Origin: Campylobacterales bacterium
Lineage (GTDB): Bacteria; Campylobacterota; Campylobacteria; Campylobacterales; Sulfurospirillaceae
Reading direction: 5' to 3'
Assembly (NCBI GenBank): GCA_016930915.1
Contig: JAFGFU010000009.1
Span: forward strand, 10,081 to 74,080
Length of the DNA: 64,000 bases
Both the position numbers and the translations under genes were made by a program. Under the pieces are notes generated by a model. The model worked only from the letters and a program-made list of their open reading frames with translations. It was not told the origin of the DNA and ran no database searches. Position 1 is the stretch's first letter, and every line of letters starts with the position of its first letter. Below are positions 28,961-39,419 of this stretch, piece after piece.

Positions 28961-29728
28961 ATGATAAATGTTGGAATTCATGGCTCAACAGGTAGAGTGG
29001 GTAGATTATTAATTGATAATTTAGTCAAAGATAAAGATGCAAGACCTTATGCATTGCATGCCCTCGAGGAGTTTAGTTTTACTGCTCCTAAAGAAACGAT
29101 TGTAACAGATGATGTCATGATTCTTTTACAAAAGAGCAATGTTGTTATTGACTTTACAATTGCGATGGGGACAGAAACATTGCTTGAAAGCGCTTTAAAA
29201 CAACCAACTCCTTTAGTCATTGGAACAACAGGACTTAATGAGCACCAGCAAAATCTTCTTAAAGAAGCAGCAAATAATATGCCAATTCTTTATTCAACAA
29301 ATATGTCTTTGGGTGTAGCGGTTTTAAACCGTTTGGTTGAACTTGCTTCTAAAAGTTTAAGTGATTTTGATATTGAAATTGTAGAGCAACATCATCGCTT
29401 CAAAAAAGATGCACCCAGTGGTACAGCATTGACATTAGGTGAGCATGCTGCTCGTGGGCGTGGTTTGAATTTAGATGATGTCCGTGTGAGTGGACGTAAT
29501 GGTCTTATTGGCGAGCGTAGCAAAGATGAGATTGCTATTATGGCGCTTCGTGGAGGTGACATTGTAGGACGTCATACAGTAGGCTTTTACAATGACGGTG
29601 AATTTATTGAAATGAATCACACCGCAACCAGTCGTGATACCTTTGCAAAAGGGGCTATTAAAGCTGCAAAGTGGATCATCAATCAACCTAATGGTCTCTA
29701 TACAATTAGTGACTGTTTAGGTCTTTAA
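28961..29728 (+). CDS. dapB: 4-hydroxy-tetrahydrodipicolinate reductase
   Basis: GSTGRVG N-terminus and EQHHRFKKDAPSGTAL catalytic motif. Confidence 0.92.
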   Translation: MINVGIHGSTGRVGRLLIDNLVKDKDARPYALHALEEFSFTAPKETIVTDDVMILLQKSNVVIDFTIAMGTETLLESALKQPTPLVIGTTGLNEHQQNLLKEAANNMPILYSTNMSLGVAVLNRLVELASKSLSDFDIEIVEQHHRFKKDAPSGTALTLGEHAARGRGLNLDDVRVSGRNGLIGERSKDEIAIMALRGGDIVGRHTVGFYNDGEFIEMNHTATSRDTFAKGAIKAAKWIINQPNGLYTISDCLGL

Positions 29729-29746
29729 ATAAAGGTGATATAAACG

Positions 29747-31084
29747 ATGTGTGCGATTGTTGGTGTATTTGATGTAAAACATGCTTCTAAGATAGCTTAT
29801 TATGCCCTCTTTGCTATGCAACACCGTGGGCAAGAAGCAACAGGAATTAGTGCTAGTAATGGTAAAAAAATTCGTACGATTAAAGATAATGGCTTAGTAA
29901 CAGAAGTCTTTAACGAAGAAAAACTCTCTTTTTTAAATGGTGACATGGCGATTGGTCATAATCGCTATTCAACAGCAGGAAGTGATTCTGTGAGGGATGC
30001 TCAACCCGTAGCGGCGAGTTATAAACTTGGCGATATTTCTATTGTTCACAATGGAAACTTGATTAATAAACATGAAGTTAGAAGTAAATTGATTGAGCAA
30101 GGTGCTATTTTTCAATCGTCTATGGATACTGAAAATATTATTCATCTTATTGCAAGAAGTCAAAAAGGTAAACTTCAAGATCGCATTATTGAAGCTTTAC
30201 ATGTAATTAAAGGTGCTTATTGTCTTTTGATTCAAAGTCGCACAAAAATGTTTGCAATGCGTGATCGTTATGGTGTTCGTCCTTTGTCTATTGGAAAATT
30301 GAAAGAGGGTGGGTATATTGTTGCAAGTGAGACCTGTGCGCTTGATTTGGTTGATGCTGAATTTGTAAGGGATGTACGTCCTGGTGAAATGGTTGTTTTT
30401 CATCAAGGTGAAGACACGTTTGAGAGTATTCAACTCTTTGAGCCTGATCCACACATTTGTGCGTTTGAATTTATCTATTTTGCACGACCTGATAGTGTAA
30501 TTGAAGGTAAAAATGTGTATGCAACCCGTAAAAAAATGGGTATGAAATTAGCAGAACTTTCTCCTGTTGAAGCTGATTTTGTTGTTCCCGTTCCTGACAG
30601 TGGTGTGAGTGCGGCTTTGGGTTATGCACAAGCGAGTGGTATTCCTTTTGAAATGGCAATTGTAAGAAATCATTATGTAGGCAGAACCTTTATTGAGCCA
30701 ACGCAAGCAGTGCGTGATCTCAAAGTAAAACTCAAACTTTCTCCCATTCATAAAATTTTAGAGGGTAAAAAAATTGTTGTTATTGATGATAGTATTGTGA
30801 GAGGGACAACTTCCAGACAGATTGTTAAACTTCTCAAACGAGCAGGTGCAGCTGAAGTACACATGCGTATTGCTGCGCCAACCATTGAACATCCGTGTCT
30901 TTACGGTATTGATACCCCAAGTTATAAAGAGCTTATTAGTGCCAATAAAAGCGTTGAAGAGGTGTGCGAGTATATCGAAGCGGACTCTTTGGCATTTTTA
31001 AGCATAGAAGCACTTAAAGAGAGCATTGGGTCTGATATGAACTACTCATTGGTTAGCTTTGATGGAAATTATTTTATTAAATAA
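29747..31084 (+). CDS. purF: Amidophosphoribosyltransferase
   Basis: MCAIVG Ntn-Cys start, HNRYSTAG, VVIDDSIVRGTTS PRPP motif. Confidence 0.96.
   Translation: MCAIVGVFDVKHASKIAYYALFAMQHRGQEATGISASNGKKIRTIKDNGLVTEVFNEEKLSFLNGDMAIGHNRYSTAGSDSVRDAQPVAASYKLGDISIVHNGNLINKHEVRSKLIEQGAIFQSSMDTENIIHLIARSQKGKLQDRIIEALHVIKGAYCLLIQSRTKMFAMRDRYGVRPLSIGKLKEGGYIVASETCALDLVDAEFVRDVRPGEMVVFHQGEDTFESIQLFEPDPHICAFEFIYFARPDSVIEGKNVYATRKKMGMKLAELSPVEADFVVPVPDSGVSAALGYAQASGIPFEMAIVRNHYVGRTFIEPTQAVRDLKVKLKLSPIHKILEGKKIVVIDDSIVRGTTSRQIVKLLKRAGAAEVHMRIAAPTIEHPCLYGIDTPSYKELISANKSVEEVCEYIEADSLAFLSIEALKESIGSDMNYSLVSFDGNYFIK
30196..30207. repeat. Iterated palindrome, 11/12 copy (TTTACATGTAAt)
   Basis: Inside purF, read as L-H-V-I. 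Confidence 0.8.
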
Positions 31085-32037
31085 TGCGCAGAATTTTAAC
31101 CGCAGGACGGTATTTTAGAGAGAAATTTGGGGAGAGTGTTTATAAAATCCCCATTTCTATTTCTGGATTTACCTGTCCAAATATTGATGGTACAGTTGCA
31201 AGAGGTGGCTGTGTCTTCTGTGAAAATGAGTCCTTTAGTCCTAATTTAGAGCACAATCAATCAAAGCGTTTTTTTCTTCATCCTACTTCAGAAAATCCTT
31301 ATTTAGAGTTTCAATTAATTCAATTGGAAGCACAATATAAAAAAACAAAAACCATACTTTCAAAAAAATTTGGCGCACAAAAATTTATTATCTATTTTCA
31401 ATCATTTACGAATACTTATGCTCCTCTGGCGACTTTAAAAGCTTTGTATAGTAAAGCCTTGAGCTTTGAAGGGGTAATTGGACTGAGTATTGGCACACGT
31501 ACAGATAGTATTAGTGAAGAGGTGATTGCTTATTTGGCAGAACTTTCAAAGCATCATGAAATTTGGTTAGAATATGGAGTGCAATCTTCATCAGATGAAA
31601 CATTAAAACGTATTAATCGTGGACATGGTAGAGCAAATATTGAAAAATACATTGCATTGACGCATCAGTATAAGCTCAATATATGTGCGCATATTATTTT
31701 TGGACTCCCTGGTGAAACACCTGAAATGGCCTTGGAAAGTGTTAAATTTGCTTTAAATCTTGGAGTTCATTCTTTTAAATTTCATCCACTTTATGTCGTG
31801 AAGCGAACTGCATTGGCAAATGATTTTAAAAAAGGCGAATTTAGCCCCATATCAGAAGCGTGTTACATTGAAACATTGATTAAAGCAATTAAGCTTTTAC
31901 CAGAAGAAGTGATGGTACAACGTGTGAGCGCTGGTATTGAAGATGATACACTTTTATCACCTTCATGGTGTTATGTTAAACATCAACAAATGAAAGCAAT
32001 TCGAAAAGCATTTAAGAATGAGGGGTTACTCTATTAA
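31084..32037 (+). CDS. TIGR01212-type radical SAM protein
   Basis: FTCPNIDGTVARGGCVFC cluster motif and the overall pattern of the TIGR01212 family; TAATG overlap with purF. Confidence 0.78.
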   Translation: MRRILTAGRYFREKFGESVYKIPISISGFTCPNIDGTVARGGCVFCENESFSPNLEHNQSKRFFLHPTSENPYLEFQLIQLEAQYKKTKTILSKKFGAQKFIIYFQSFTNTYAPLATLKALYSKALSFEGVIGLSIGTRTDSISEEVIAYLAELSKHHEIWLEYGVQSSSDETLKRINRGHGRANIEKYIALTHQYKLNICAHIIFGLPGETPEMALESVKFALNLGVHSFKFHPLYVVKRTALANDFKKGEFSPISEACYIETLIKAIKLLPEEVMVQRVSAGIEDDTLLSPSWCYVKHQQMKAIRKAFKNEGLLY

Positions 32038-32040
32038 TTA

Positions 32041-32577
32041 TTAATGACATGAAAGCTCATAACGTGTATAAGGCTTTTCAAATGAAGATGGATAGGGCAT
32101 AAAGACAGTAAAATTACGTATCTCACCTTTGTGCAAATTCTCTGCAATAACAAATTTCTTCGTAGTTTCTATAATCGGGTTATTTTCTCTTTTAAATAAA
32201 TTTTGCAAAGCAGATTTTGGAACAAAAATAGCTGAATTCGCTCCTATTCTCTCCAATGAAGCGTTAAAGATTTTAACTTCTAGGGTACATTTTGCAATTT
32301 CAAATTTTCCAATATTGCGAATTTGACCAGAGATAGAAAATGACTCATTAATTAAAACTTTTTTTTGAACCATATTTTCTAAGCTCGCAACTTTTGTATA
32401 TTTATCCAGTGCATAAAAAATGAAAGAGGTAAAGAGAACAGTAATGAATAAATTTGCTAATATGGGAGCAAGGGAACTTTTCCCTTCGTTATTACGAATT
32501 GTAAGCCAAAGAATCAATGAACAAAGTAAAGCAATAATAACGATAGCAATCCAATGAAATAGGGTAAAATAGGTCAT
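32041..32577 (-). CDS. DUF2393-like membrane protein (paralog 1)
   Basis: 178 aa with two N-terminal TM segments and a beta-rich C-terminal domain. Same size and architecture as the adjacent gene. Confidence 0.5.
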   Translation of the reverse strand: MTYFTLFHWIAIVIIALLCSLILWLTIRNNEGKSSLAPILANLFITVLFTSFIFYALDKYTKVASLENMVQKKVLINESFSISGQIRNIGKFEIAKCTLEVKIFNASLERIGANSAIFVPKSALQNLFKRENNPIIETTKKFVIAENLHKGEIRNFTVFMPYPSSFEKPYTRYELSCH

Positions 32578-32586
32578 TCTCTTCCT

Positions 32587-33123
32587 TTAATAGCACTCAG
32601 CCTTTAGCGTTGCATTAAAATCACCTTCATACTCGAAATTATCAAAAACAATTTGATATTCTAGTGAGCCTTGTTGTGGTATGAACTCTGTAATCACAAT
32701 CGACTGATTTGCAAGAGGTTTTAATGTATTAAAATAGGCTTTGATTCCTGTTTGTTTTTTTTGTTTAAATATAGAAGTATTTAAAAAACAAATATGAAAA
32801 TCTTTATTTGATTTATTGTAAATGGTTGTTTCTAAAATAAGTGATGGTGAAAAGTTCAATTTTTTAAGCGATGTAATGTTTGTTTCTGTTTTGCGCAAAA
32901 CTTCATTGAGTTTTTTTTGAATAAAAAAAGGAGAAATAGATAATAAAAAAAGGGCAACTATAATAACAACTAATGAGAGAGTTGAAGATTTTTTGGCGAT
33001 AATGATCGCCAAAAAAATCAAAATTAAAAAAGTGATAATTAACCAAATATAGGCTAAATAATCATAGAGTTCAAGGTTTTGAAAATAGGTAAGTAATGAT
33101 AGTTTAAGAGCATTAGTGTTCAT
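32587..33123 (-). CDS. DUF2393-like membrane protein (paralog 2)
   Basis: 178 aa with the same architecture as 32041-32577; very AT-rich. Confidence 0.5.
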   Translation of the reverse strand: MNTNALKLSLLTYFQNLELYDYLAYIWLIITFLILIFLAIIIAKKSSTLSLVVIIVALFLLSISPFFIQKKLNEVLRKTETNITSLKKLNFSPSLILETTIYNKSNKDFHICFLNTSIFKQKKQTGIKAYFNTLKPLANQSIVITEFIPQQGSLEYQIVFDNFEYEGDFNATLKAECY

Positions 33124-33796
33124 TGCGGCTATTTTTCTCTTCTATGCCACTAAGACCAAAACGTCTTTCGAGTTCTTTTGAAATTAAAGAAGGATGAATA
33201 TCCTTAGCTCCCAGTGCAACTAAAGTATGAAACACTAAATCAGCAGCTTCATAAATCATCTCTTTGTTATCATTATCTTTGCATGCAAAACAGAATTCAC
33301 CTGCTTCTTCTATAACTTTTTTCAAAATGGCATTATCTCCTTTTTGTAAAAGGGATGCAACATAAGAGTTTTTCGGATCAGCATATTTGCGTTCTTGAAT
33401 GATATGATAAATTTGATCACTAATAGAGTAAGCTGCAATTTCCTTTGCCTCTTCTTTAGGTGCTTCATTAATATCAATACGGTTAAAAAAACATGAGCTA
33501 CGGCCTGTATGGCAAGCAACCCCTTTTTGTTCTACTTTCAGTAAAATAGTATCACTATCGCAATCTAAATACGCCTCTTTTACATACTGTACATGGCCAC
33601 TGGTTTCACCTTTCTTCCAAAGCGTTTGACGACTTCTTGAATAGTAGTGAGCAAATCCAGTTTGAAGGGTTAATGTGAGCGCTTCTTTATTCATATAGGC
33701 TAACATTAGAACATCGCCACTTCCTACTTCCTGTGCAATAACAGGAAGTAGGGGTGTTTTATCCCAATCAATTGTATTTAATAATTCTGCACTCAT
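33113..33796 (-). CDS. hisIE: Bifunctional phosphoribosyl-AMP cyclohydrolase / phosphoribosyl-ATP diphosphatase
   Basis: LMLAYMN...[16 protein letters not shown]...DCDSDT..V.Q.G.ACHTG (HisI), followed by LLQKG...KKVIEEAGE...EAADL.FH (HisE). Confidence 0.92.
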   Translation of the reverse strand: MSAELLNTIDWDKTPLLPVIAQEVGSGDVLMLAYMNKEALTLTLQTGFAHYYSRSRQTLWKKGETSGHVQYVKEAYLDCDSDTILLKVEQKGVACHTGRSSCFFNRIDINEAPKEEAKEIAAYSISDQIYHIIQERKYADPKNSYVASLLQKGDNAILKKVIEEAGEFCFACKDNDNKEMIYEAADLVFHTLVALGAKDIHPSLISKELERRFGLSGIEEKNSRNEH

Positions 33797-34884
33797 TTGG
33801 TAATACTAACTGCTTTTTGACTATCTTTAGTATCCACCCAGATGTTTGGTACGGAACCTCCAGGTGTTAAGAAAATCTTAGCATCTTTATTTTCACGAAG
33901 TGCCTCATTAAATTTGCCTTGAACTTCTATTTGGCGAAGATTTAAGAGTGGCGTAGAGATACTATCACTAATTTTTTTGTTAGCATAAGCATCTGCTTCT
34001 GCTTCAATTTTAATGGCATTGGCTTGCCCTTGAGCGTTAATTTCACGTGCTCTGGCTTGACCTTCTGCTTCAGCAGCACGTTTTAGGGCTTGTTGATTAG
34101 CAATTTCAACCTCATAACGTGTTCGTTCCACTTCTTGTTTGGCAACTTGAACACGTTCAATTTGTTCTTTAATTTTAACAGGAAGAACAATTTCACGAAG
34201 CTGTACTGTTAAAAGTTCAACAGGTTGACCTGGCTGTGCGTCAATGGCTTTACGGATTCCTTCTTCGATATTAATAGCAATTTCATTACGTTTTTGGGGG
34301 AGTTCTTCGGCGTTAAATTTACCAATAACACTTCTGGTAACATCTCGAACAACAGGGTTGATAATTTTATCTTCCCATGACATACCCCATGTAGCAATGG
34401 TTTGAGGCGCTGTGGTTGGCTCAAGCTTGTATTGAACAGTTAGTTCAATAGAAACAGGAAGACCTCTTGCGTCAAGTACCGAAATAGCAGCATTTCGTTT
34501 AATGCCTGAACCTCTTTGAATAACTTCACCTAAATCTTCGCTGGAAGAGTAGTTCATAATACGTACTTTTGTATCCACAATAAACACTTGCTGAATAAAA
34601 GGAATAAAGAGGTGAAAACCTGGCTCCATTGGAGTTGACTCAAATTTACCTGCAGTTGCTTTAATACCCATCTCACCTGAATTAATAATCACAAATGGTT
34701 TTGCAACAACAAAAAGAACCACAATAGCAATTAAAACATAGAAAAAACCTGCTTTTTTCCCGAGGTTTTTCATAAAATCAGGAGGTTCAACATTAAAGGG
34801 CGTACGGTTATCATTGTCACCGCCACCACCAAAGCTTCCTCCACCGTTTTTCTTTTTAAAATAATCATTCAAATCTGCTGGCAT
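33793..34884 (-). CDS. SPFH/band-7 (prohibitin/HflC-like) membrane protein
   Basis: N-terminal Gly-rich tail, one TM, an SPFH core and a C-terminal A/E/Q-rich coiled coil ([33 protein letters not shown]). Confidence 0.85.
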   Translation of the reverse strand: MPADLNDYFKKKNGGGSFGGGGDNDNRTPFNVEPPDFMKNLGKKAGFFYVLIAIVVLFVVAKPFVIINSGEMGIKATAGKFESTPMEPGFHLFIPFIQQVFIVDTKVRIMNYSSSEDLGEVIQRGSGIKRNAAISVLDARGLPVSIELTVQYKLEPTTAPQTIATWGMSWEDKIINPVVRDVTRSVIGKFNAEELPQKRNEIAINIEEGIRKAIDAQPGQPVELLTVQLREIVLPVKIKEQIERVQVAKQEVERTRYEVEIANQQALKRAAEAEGQARAREINAQGQANAIKIEAEADAYANKKISDSISTPLLNLRQIEVQGKFNEALRENKDAKIFLTPGGSVPNIWVDTKDSQKAVSITK

Positions 34885-34897
34885 AAATTTCCTTTGG

Positions 34898-35812
34898 TTA
34901 AATATACGTTAAAAGATGTTTGTATTTTGGATTACGTCCATAAACAACATCGAAATAGGCTTCTTGTAGTTGCTTTGTCATCGCACCTCGTTTTCCATCG
35001 CCAATAATGTAATTATCAATATCTTTGATAGGAGTCACTTCTGCGGCCGTACCTGTAAAAAATGCTTCATCTGCGATATAAGCTTCATCACGGCTAATAC
35101 GTCTACGCTCAATGGGAATTCCAGCCTCCTTAGCTAAATCAAGAACCGTTGCTTGGGTGATACTCTCAAGGGATGTATCATTTGGTGGTGTAATTAAAAC
35201 GCCATTTCTGACGATAAAGAAACACTCTCCACTTCCTTCTGCGATAAATCCTTCATCATCCAATAAAAGTGCTTCTTCGTATCCTGCTTCGATGGCTTCG
35301 TATTTTGCCATTTGAGAATTGAGATAATTTGCAGCTGCTTTTGCTTTTCCCATAACGGATTTTGCTGGGTTTCGCACAAAAGAGGAAATCTTAACACGAA
35401 TGCCGTTTTCTAAGCCTTCATCGCCTAAATAGCTTCCCCATTGCCATGCAGCAATTGCTGTGTTCACAGGTGCTTTAATGTGGTTTAAACCCATAACGCC
35501 GTATCCTAAATAAATAAGCGGTCTAATATAGACATTGGATTTAAAATTATTGGCTTTTAAGAGTTCAATATGTGCTTTTTCTAACTCTTCCAGTGAAAAA
35601 GTAGGTTTAATGCGCGTGATTTTTGCTGAATTGAGCAAACGTTGAGTATGTTCTCTAAGTTTAAAAATCGCTAAACCATTCTCAGTCATATAGGCACGGG
35701 TTCCTTCAAAAACGCCATTACCATAATGAAGCGTATGTGTTAAAATGTGTATTTTTGCATCATCCCATGCAACCAGTTTACCATCCATCCAAATGTAGTG
35801 TGCTTTATCCAT
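34898..35812 (-). CDS. ilvE: Branched-chain-amino-acid aminotransferase
   Basis: 304 aa of PLP fold type IV, with HYGNGVFEGTRAY, GKAKAAANY and FFTGTAAEVTP motifs. Confidence 0.92.
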   Translation of the reverse strand: MDKAHYIWMDGKLVAWDDAKIHILTHTLHYGNGVFEGTRAYMTENGLAIFKLREHTQRLLNSAKITRIKPTFSLEELEKAHIELLKANNFKSNVYIRPLIYLGYGVMGLNHIKAPVNTAIAAWQWGSYLGDEGLENGIRVKISSFVRNPAKSVMGKAKAAANYLNSQMAKYEAIEAGYEEALLLDDEGFIAEGSGECFFIVRNGVLITPPNDTSLESITQATVLDLAKEAGIPIERRRISRDEAYIADEAFFTGTAAEVTPIKDIDNYIIGDGKRGAMTKQLQEAYFDVVYGRNPKYKHLLTYI

Positions 35813-35899
35813 GTTTTTTACCTTCTTACATGTCGTTTTCTAAAGAGATACTATGTTAGCCAAAAATTAATTAAAGATAGTTTTAGTATGAAAATGCGT

Positions 35900-35905
35900 T
35901 ATAAT
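35900..35905 (+). promoter_or_regulatory. Candidate -10 box upstream of bcp
   Basis: TATAAT in the divergent ilvE-bcp spacer, about 60 nt upstream of the ATG. Confidence 0.35.
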
Positions 35906-35932
35906 TTTGTGACAAAGCTTTAGATTTTAATC

Positions 35933-35944
35933 TTTACATGTAAA
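35933..35944. repeat. Iterated palindrome TTTACATGTAAA, perfect copy
   Basis: 12/12; in the spacer, 22 nt upstream of the bcp start codon. Confidence 0.95.
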
Positions 35945-35965
35945 AAGAAAAAAAAGGAAAAACAA

Positions 35966-36442
35966 ATGTTAAAAATTGGCGATAAAGCCCCCTCTTTGAG
36001 TCTTCCTAATCAAGATTTTGTGGAAATTTCTTTGCGTGATTTAGAAGGAAAATGGGTCATTCTTTATTTTTATCCTAAAGATAATACCCCTGGATGCACG
36101 AGTGAAGCGTGTGATTTTACAGCAGCGCTCCCTATGTTTGAGGATTTAAATGCAGTTGTTTTAGGTATTAGCCCAGATAGTCCAAAATCACATCAAAATT
36201 TCATTCTAAAACAAAATTTAGAGATTACATTACTTTCAGATGAAACCAAAGAAGTAGCTCAAAATTATGGTGTTTGGCAGATGAAGAAAAATTATGGCAA
36301 AGAGTATATGGGCATTGTGCGTTCAACCTTTTTAATTGATCCAGCAGGAAATATTGCACAGATATGGACAAATGTAAAAGTGAAAGAGCATGCAAACGTT
36401 GTGCAAAAAGCGTTAGCATCTTTACAATCACCTAAGGCGTAA
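35966..36442 (+). CDS. bcp: Thioredoxin-dependent peroxiredoxin Bcp
   Basis: YFYPKDNTPGCTSEAC peroxidatic-Cys motif; 158 aa. Confidence 0.92.
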   Translation: MLKIGDKAPSLSLPNQDFVEISLRDLEGKWVILYFYPKDNTPGCTSEACDFTAALPMFEDLNAVVLGISPDSPKSHQNFILKQNLEITLLSDETKEVAQNYGVWQMKKNYGKEYMGIVRSTFLIDPAGNIAQIWTNVKVKEHANVVQKALASLQSPKA

Positions 36443-36452
36443 AAGCCTTAGG
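36431..36452. terminator. Hairpin between convergent bcp and the DUF748-like gene
   Basis: CCTAAGGC (36431-36438) / GCCTTAGG (36445-36452) form an 8-bp stem. The bcp stop codon sits in the loop, and TTAATT follows. Confidence 0.5.
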
Positions 36453-39308
36453 TTAATTACTCACAGAAATAGCACATCCTATCCATTGATCCCGTAAAGC
36501 TTCACTGGTTTGCACTTCTTGTTTAAGAAGACGCTCAGGAGCAATTTTGTGTTTTATAATAAGATTTTGCATAATTGCCTCTGCACGTTTGTGTGCGAGC
36601 GTGTTTAAATCATCGGTATTCACAGGAATCGTCTCAGCAATTTTATCAATCAAGCGTTCATTAATCACACCTCTTGCAAGATTTTCTTCTTTATAGGTTT
36701 TAAGAAGTTGGTTATACACTTCTTTAGAATATTTTTGGAGAAAGAGTTTTTGAATCGTTTTACTGTAGCTATCTTCTGTTTTGCTGTTTTTACGGCTTAG
36801 GATTTCAAGCTGTGCTGTGACATTTTGTTCTTTAAGAGCTTGGGTATCAATCATTTCATTAAAGCTAGGAGTAATAAGAAGTTTGAGTTCAGCTCTTTTT
36901 TCTAAAATTTGCTGATACTGTTCCATTTTTTCTTCTTCAGATTCAATCAAAGCATATTCACCTGCTGCAAAATCAACACTTTTAAGATTTTCGGTTTCTA
37001 TGCCGAGCATAGAGCCTAAAAGCTTAAATGGAGACGTGACAATGCTTCCAATTAAATTGCCAATAGCTCGCCATACAATACTTCCATAACGAAATTCTGG
37101 GCTATTCATGTCTCCACTTACGGGTAAATTGATGTCAATTTGTCCTTTTGAATCTTTTAAAATGGCAATGGCAAGTCCTAAGGGAAGATTGACAGCATCT
37201 TCACTTTCAATTTTTTCACCCAAAGTAAGCGAATCAAGATTTATTTTATTATCACCTTCCATTAGTCCTTTTCGAATTTTATAGGAAAGATCCATCGAGA
37301 GTTTTCCCTCTTTAATGGAATAGCCCACAAATTTTCCTGAATAAGGTGTAAAAGAGGTCATGTCAAGATTTTTAAAAATAATTTTAAGATTTGCACGGTT
37401 TTTAAAATCAAAAGGCAAGATGGAGCTATCAATTTTTGCGTAGCCGTATTTATCCACTTTTCCTTCTAGCTTAAGGATAGAGGGTTTAGAGTTTTTTGTA
37501 TCGAGTTTTGAAAAATTACCATTTAAACGGGTGATAAAGGTTGCAAAAGGAATAGGTAAAGAAGCATCTTTAAAATTTGCACTTCCTTCTTTCATGGCTA
37601 TACTGCCAATAACAATATGCATGGGCGTCTCTTTAGAAGTGGTCGTTTTGTGTGAAGATGCTTTTGGAGTTGGTTTTGTAAGATGAGAAAAATTGGTACT
37701 CTGATCTTTTTTAATATCTAAATTAACGTAGGGTTTGGTGATTAAAACATTCTTTACATGTAAAGAAGAAGGTGATGAAGAATAGCTGATAGAATCGATG
37801 TTTAGTTTCTCCCATGCCATAATGGTTTTTTTAAAACGATCCAAAAATGAAAGTTTTGAAATTTCCATATCACCATTAATTTTCATAAAAGGTTTTGTAC
37901 CAAAAGAGGCTTCCATGTTAGCATTTAAAGAGAGGAGCCCCTCTTTTAAAATAAGGGTGGTAAAAGGTATAAGATAAGGATGTGCTTTTGCTAAAGAGAG
38001 TGCTTTAGTATGCATATCTAGTGTAACGTGCATGGTTGAAGGAATAATAGAACCCTTAAGGGAAATATGTGCTGTTTTATCCAGCGTTGTGTTCATTTCA
38101 TACGAAATAGGCTGATTCATATCGTGCGTAATTGTGTTGGCTTTAAATGTGAATGAAGAAAAATGAGCAGGTTCACTTTTTACATTATGATCTGTTATGT
38201 CAATTGATGCGTTATTCACTCCTAAAGATTTAAGTGCAAATTTCCATGGATTTTTATTGGGCGTATTTTCATGCGCCGTGCTTTGATTTTTTTTCTCATT
38301 TTTAGGAATGAAGAGGTGTATGATATTGGGCATATAATTTTTGTCTAAATGCAGATCAACAAAAGGATCTAAAATAAGAGCACTGTCGATATCAATACGT
38401 GATTCTTGAAGGTCAAAATCTATGCCATTGACTTTAACAGAAGGGATGTTTATGACTTTTTTATTGCCATCCATTAAAACAATATTTGCTAAATCTGCAT
38501 TGGCTTTTTCAATGAATACCAGTGGAGTTTCTTTGCTTAAGTCGATTAAAAAAGGAATACGTAAAAAGAGTGTTCCTTCATCAAGTTTTGCAGGAATTGT
38601 GGGTAAAAGATAGCTCCAAAAAGTGTTTAAAGAAAGATTTTTTACTGTGAGTTCCCCATGAAATTTAAGTGGTTCAAGCGACATGCTACTAGCGAGTGAA
38701 ATTTTTTCTTCATTTTGTAGGGCAATTTGAAGCGCATGGACACTTAAATCGTCTTTATAAAAACTAAGATTATTGGCAGTGTAATGCATAGGACCGATAG
38801 CTATATGAAAAGGCTCTTGTGCACTTTGATCACTAAAATCGACAGTGGCATGTTGGATTTCAATGTGTCCGATAATGAAAGGCATTGTAAGGGATGTGTT
38901 GGATGTTTCATTATTTTCAGAAGAAGATGTGTTTGGAAAAAGTGTTAAAAGGTTCAATGTACCATTTTCATCGATTTTGAGGTCTGCAAACGGTTTACTA
39001 ATCAAGAGTGATTTAATAAAAAATTCTTTTTTAAATAATAGCAAAGGTTCGTAATTAAAGTAAAGATGCTCAATGAATGTCACATTGTTTTCTGCATGAT
39101 CTTTGAGCGCAAGATTGTTGACATGTAATTCAAATGTAAATGGATTAAAGGTAACTTTTTCAATGCTCATAGGAAGATTAATTTTTTCTTTTAAAAGAGA
39201 TGGTAATTGTGTGCGAGTCCACCATGGTAAAATAACAAAACCACTCAACGTGTAAAAGAGTAAAAGAGAAATAAGGCAAAATAACACGTTTTTAAGAGAT
39301 TTTTTCAT
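36453..39308 (-). CDS. DUF748/AsmA-family large envelope protein
   Basis: 951 aa with an N-terminal membrane anchor and long beta-rich repetitive body. The C-terminal part resembles DUF748-type proteins; the assignment rests on architecture. Confidence 0.55.
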   Translation of the reverse strand: MKKSLKNVLFCLISLLLFYTLSGFVILPWWTRTQLPSLLKEKINLPMSIEKVTFNPFTFELHVNNLALKDHAENNVTFIEHLYFNYEPLLLFKKEFFIKSLLISKPFADLKIDENGTLNLLTLFPNTSSSENNETSNTSLTMPFIIGHIEIQHATVDFSDQSAQEPFHIAIGPMHYTANNLSFYKDDLSVHALQIALQNEEKISLASSMSLEPLKFHGELTVKNLSLNTFWSYLLPTIPAKLDEGTLFLRIPFLIDLSKETPLVFIEKANADLANIVLMDGNKKVINIPSVKVNGIDFDLQESRIDIDSALILDPFVDLHLDKNYMPNIIHLFIPKNEKKNQSTAHENTPNKNPWKFALKSLGVNNASIDITDHNVKSEPAHFSSFTFKANTITHDMNQPISYEMNTTLDKTAHISLKGSIIPSTMHVTLDMHTKALSLAKAHPYLIPFTTLILKEGLLSLNANMEASFGTKPFMKINGDMEISKLSFLDRFKKTIMAWEKLNIDSISYSSSPSSLHVKNVLITKPYVNLDIKKDQSTNFSHLTKPTPKASSHKTTTSKETPMHIVIGSIAMKEGSANFKDASLPIPFATFITRLNGNFSKLDTKNSKPSILKLEGKVDKYGYAKIDSSILPFDFKNRANLKIIFKNLDMTSFTPYSGKFVGYSIKEGKLSMDLSYKIRKGLMEGDNKINLDSLTLGEKIESEDAVNLPLGLAIAILKDSKGQIDINLPVSGDMNSPEFRYGSIVWRAIGNLIGSIVTSPFKLLGSMLGIETENLKSVDFAAGEYALIESEEEKMEQYQQILEKRAELKLLITPSFNEMIDTQALKEQNVTAQLEILSRKNSKTEDSYSKTIQKLFLQKYSKEVYNQLLKTYKEENLARGVINERLIDKIAETIPVNTDDLNTLAHKRAEAIMQNLIIKHKIAPERLLKQEVQTSEALRDQWIGCAISVSN
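37753..37764. repeat. Iterated palindrome TTTACATGTAAA, perfect copy
   Basis: 12/12; inside the DUF748-like gene (minus strand), read as L-H-V-K. Confidence 0.95.
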
Positions 39309-39380
39309 AACAAATCCTCCTCTGCAGGGTTAAATTATTATACTACAAAATCAAATAAACTTTTTTGTAAAACAAGGGTG

Positions 39381-39389
39381 TGGTATAAT
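39381..39389 (+). promoter_or_regulatory. Extended -10 element TGgTATAAT upstream of queH
   Basis: Exact TGnTATAAT, 30 nt upstream of the ATG at 39420. Confidence 0.45.
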
Positions 39390-39419
39390 TTTTAAAAATT
39401 AACCTTATAAAGACACACA

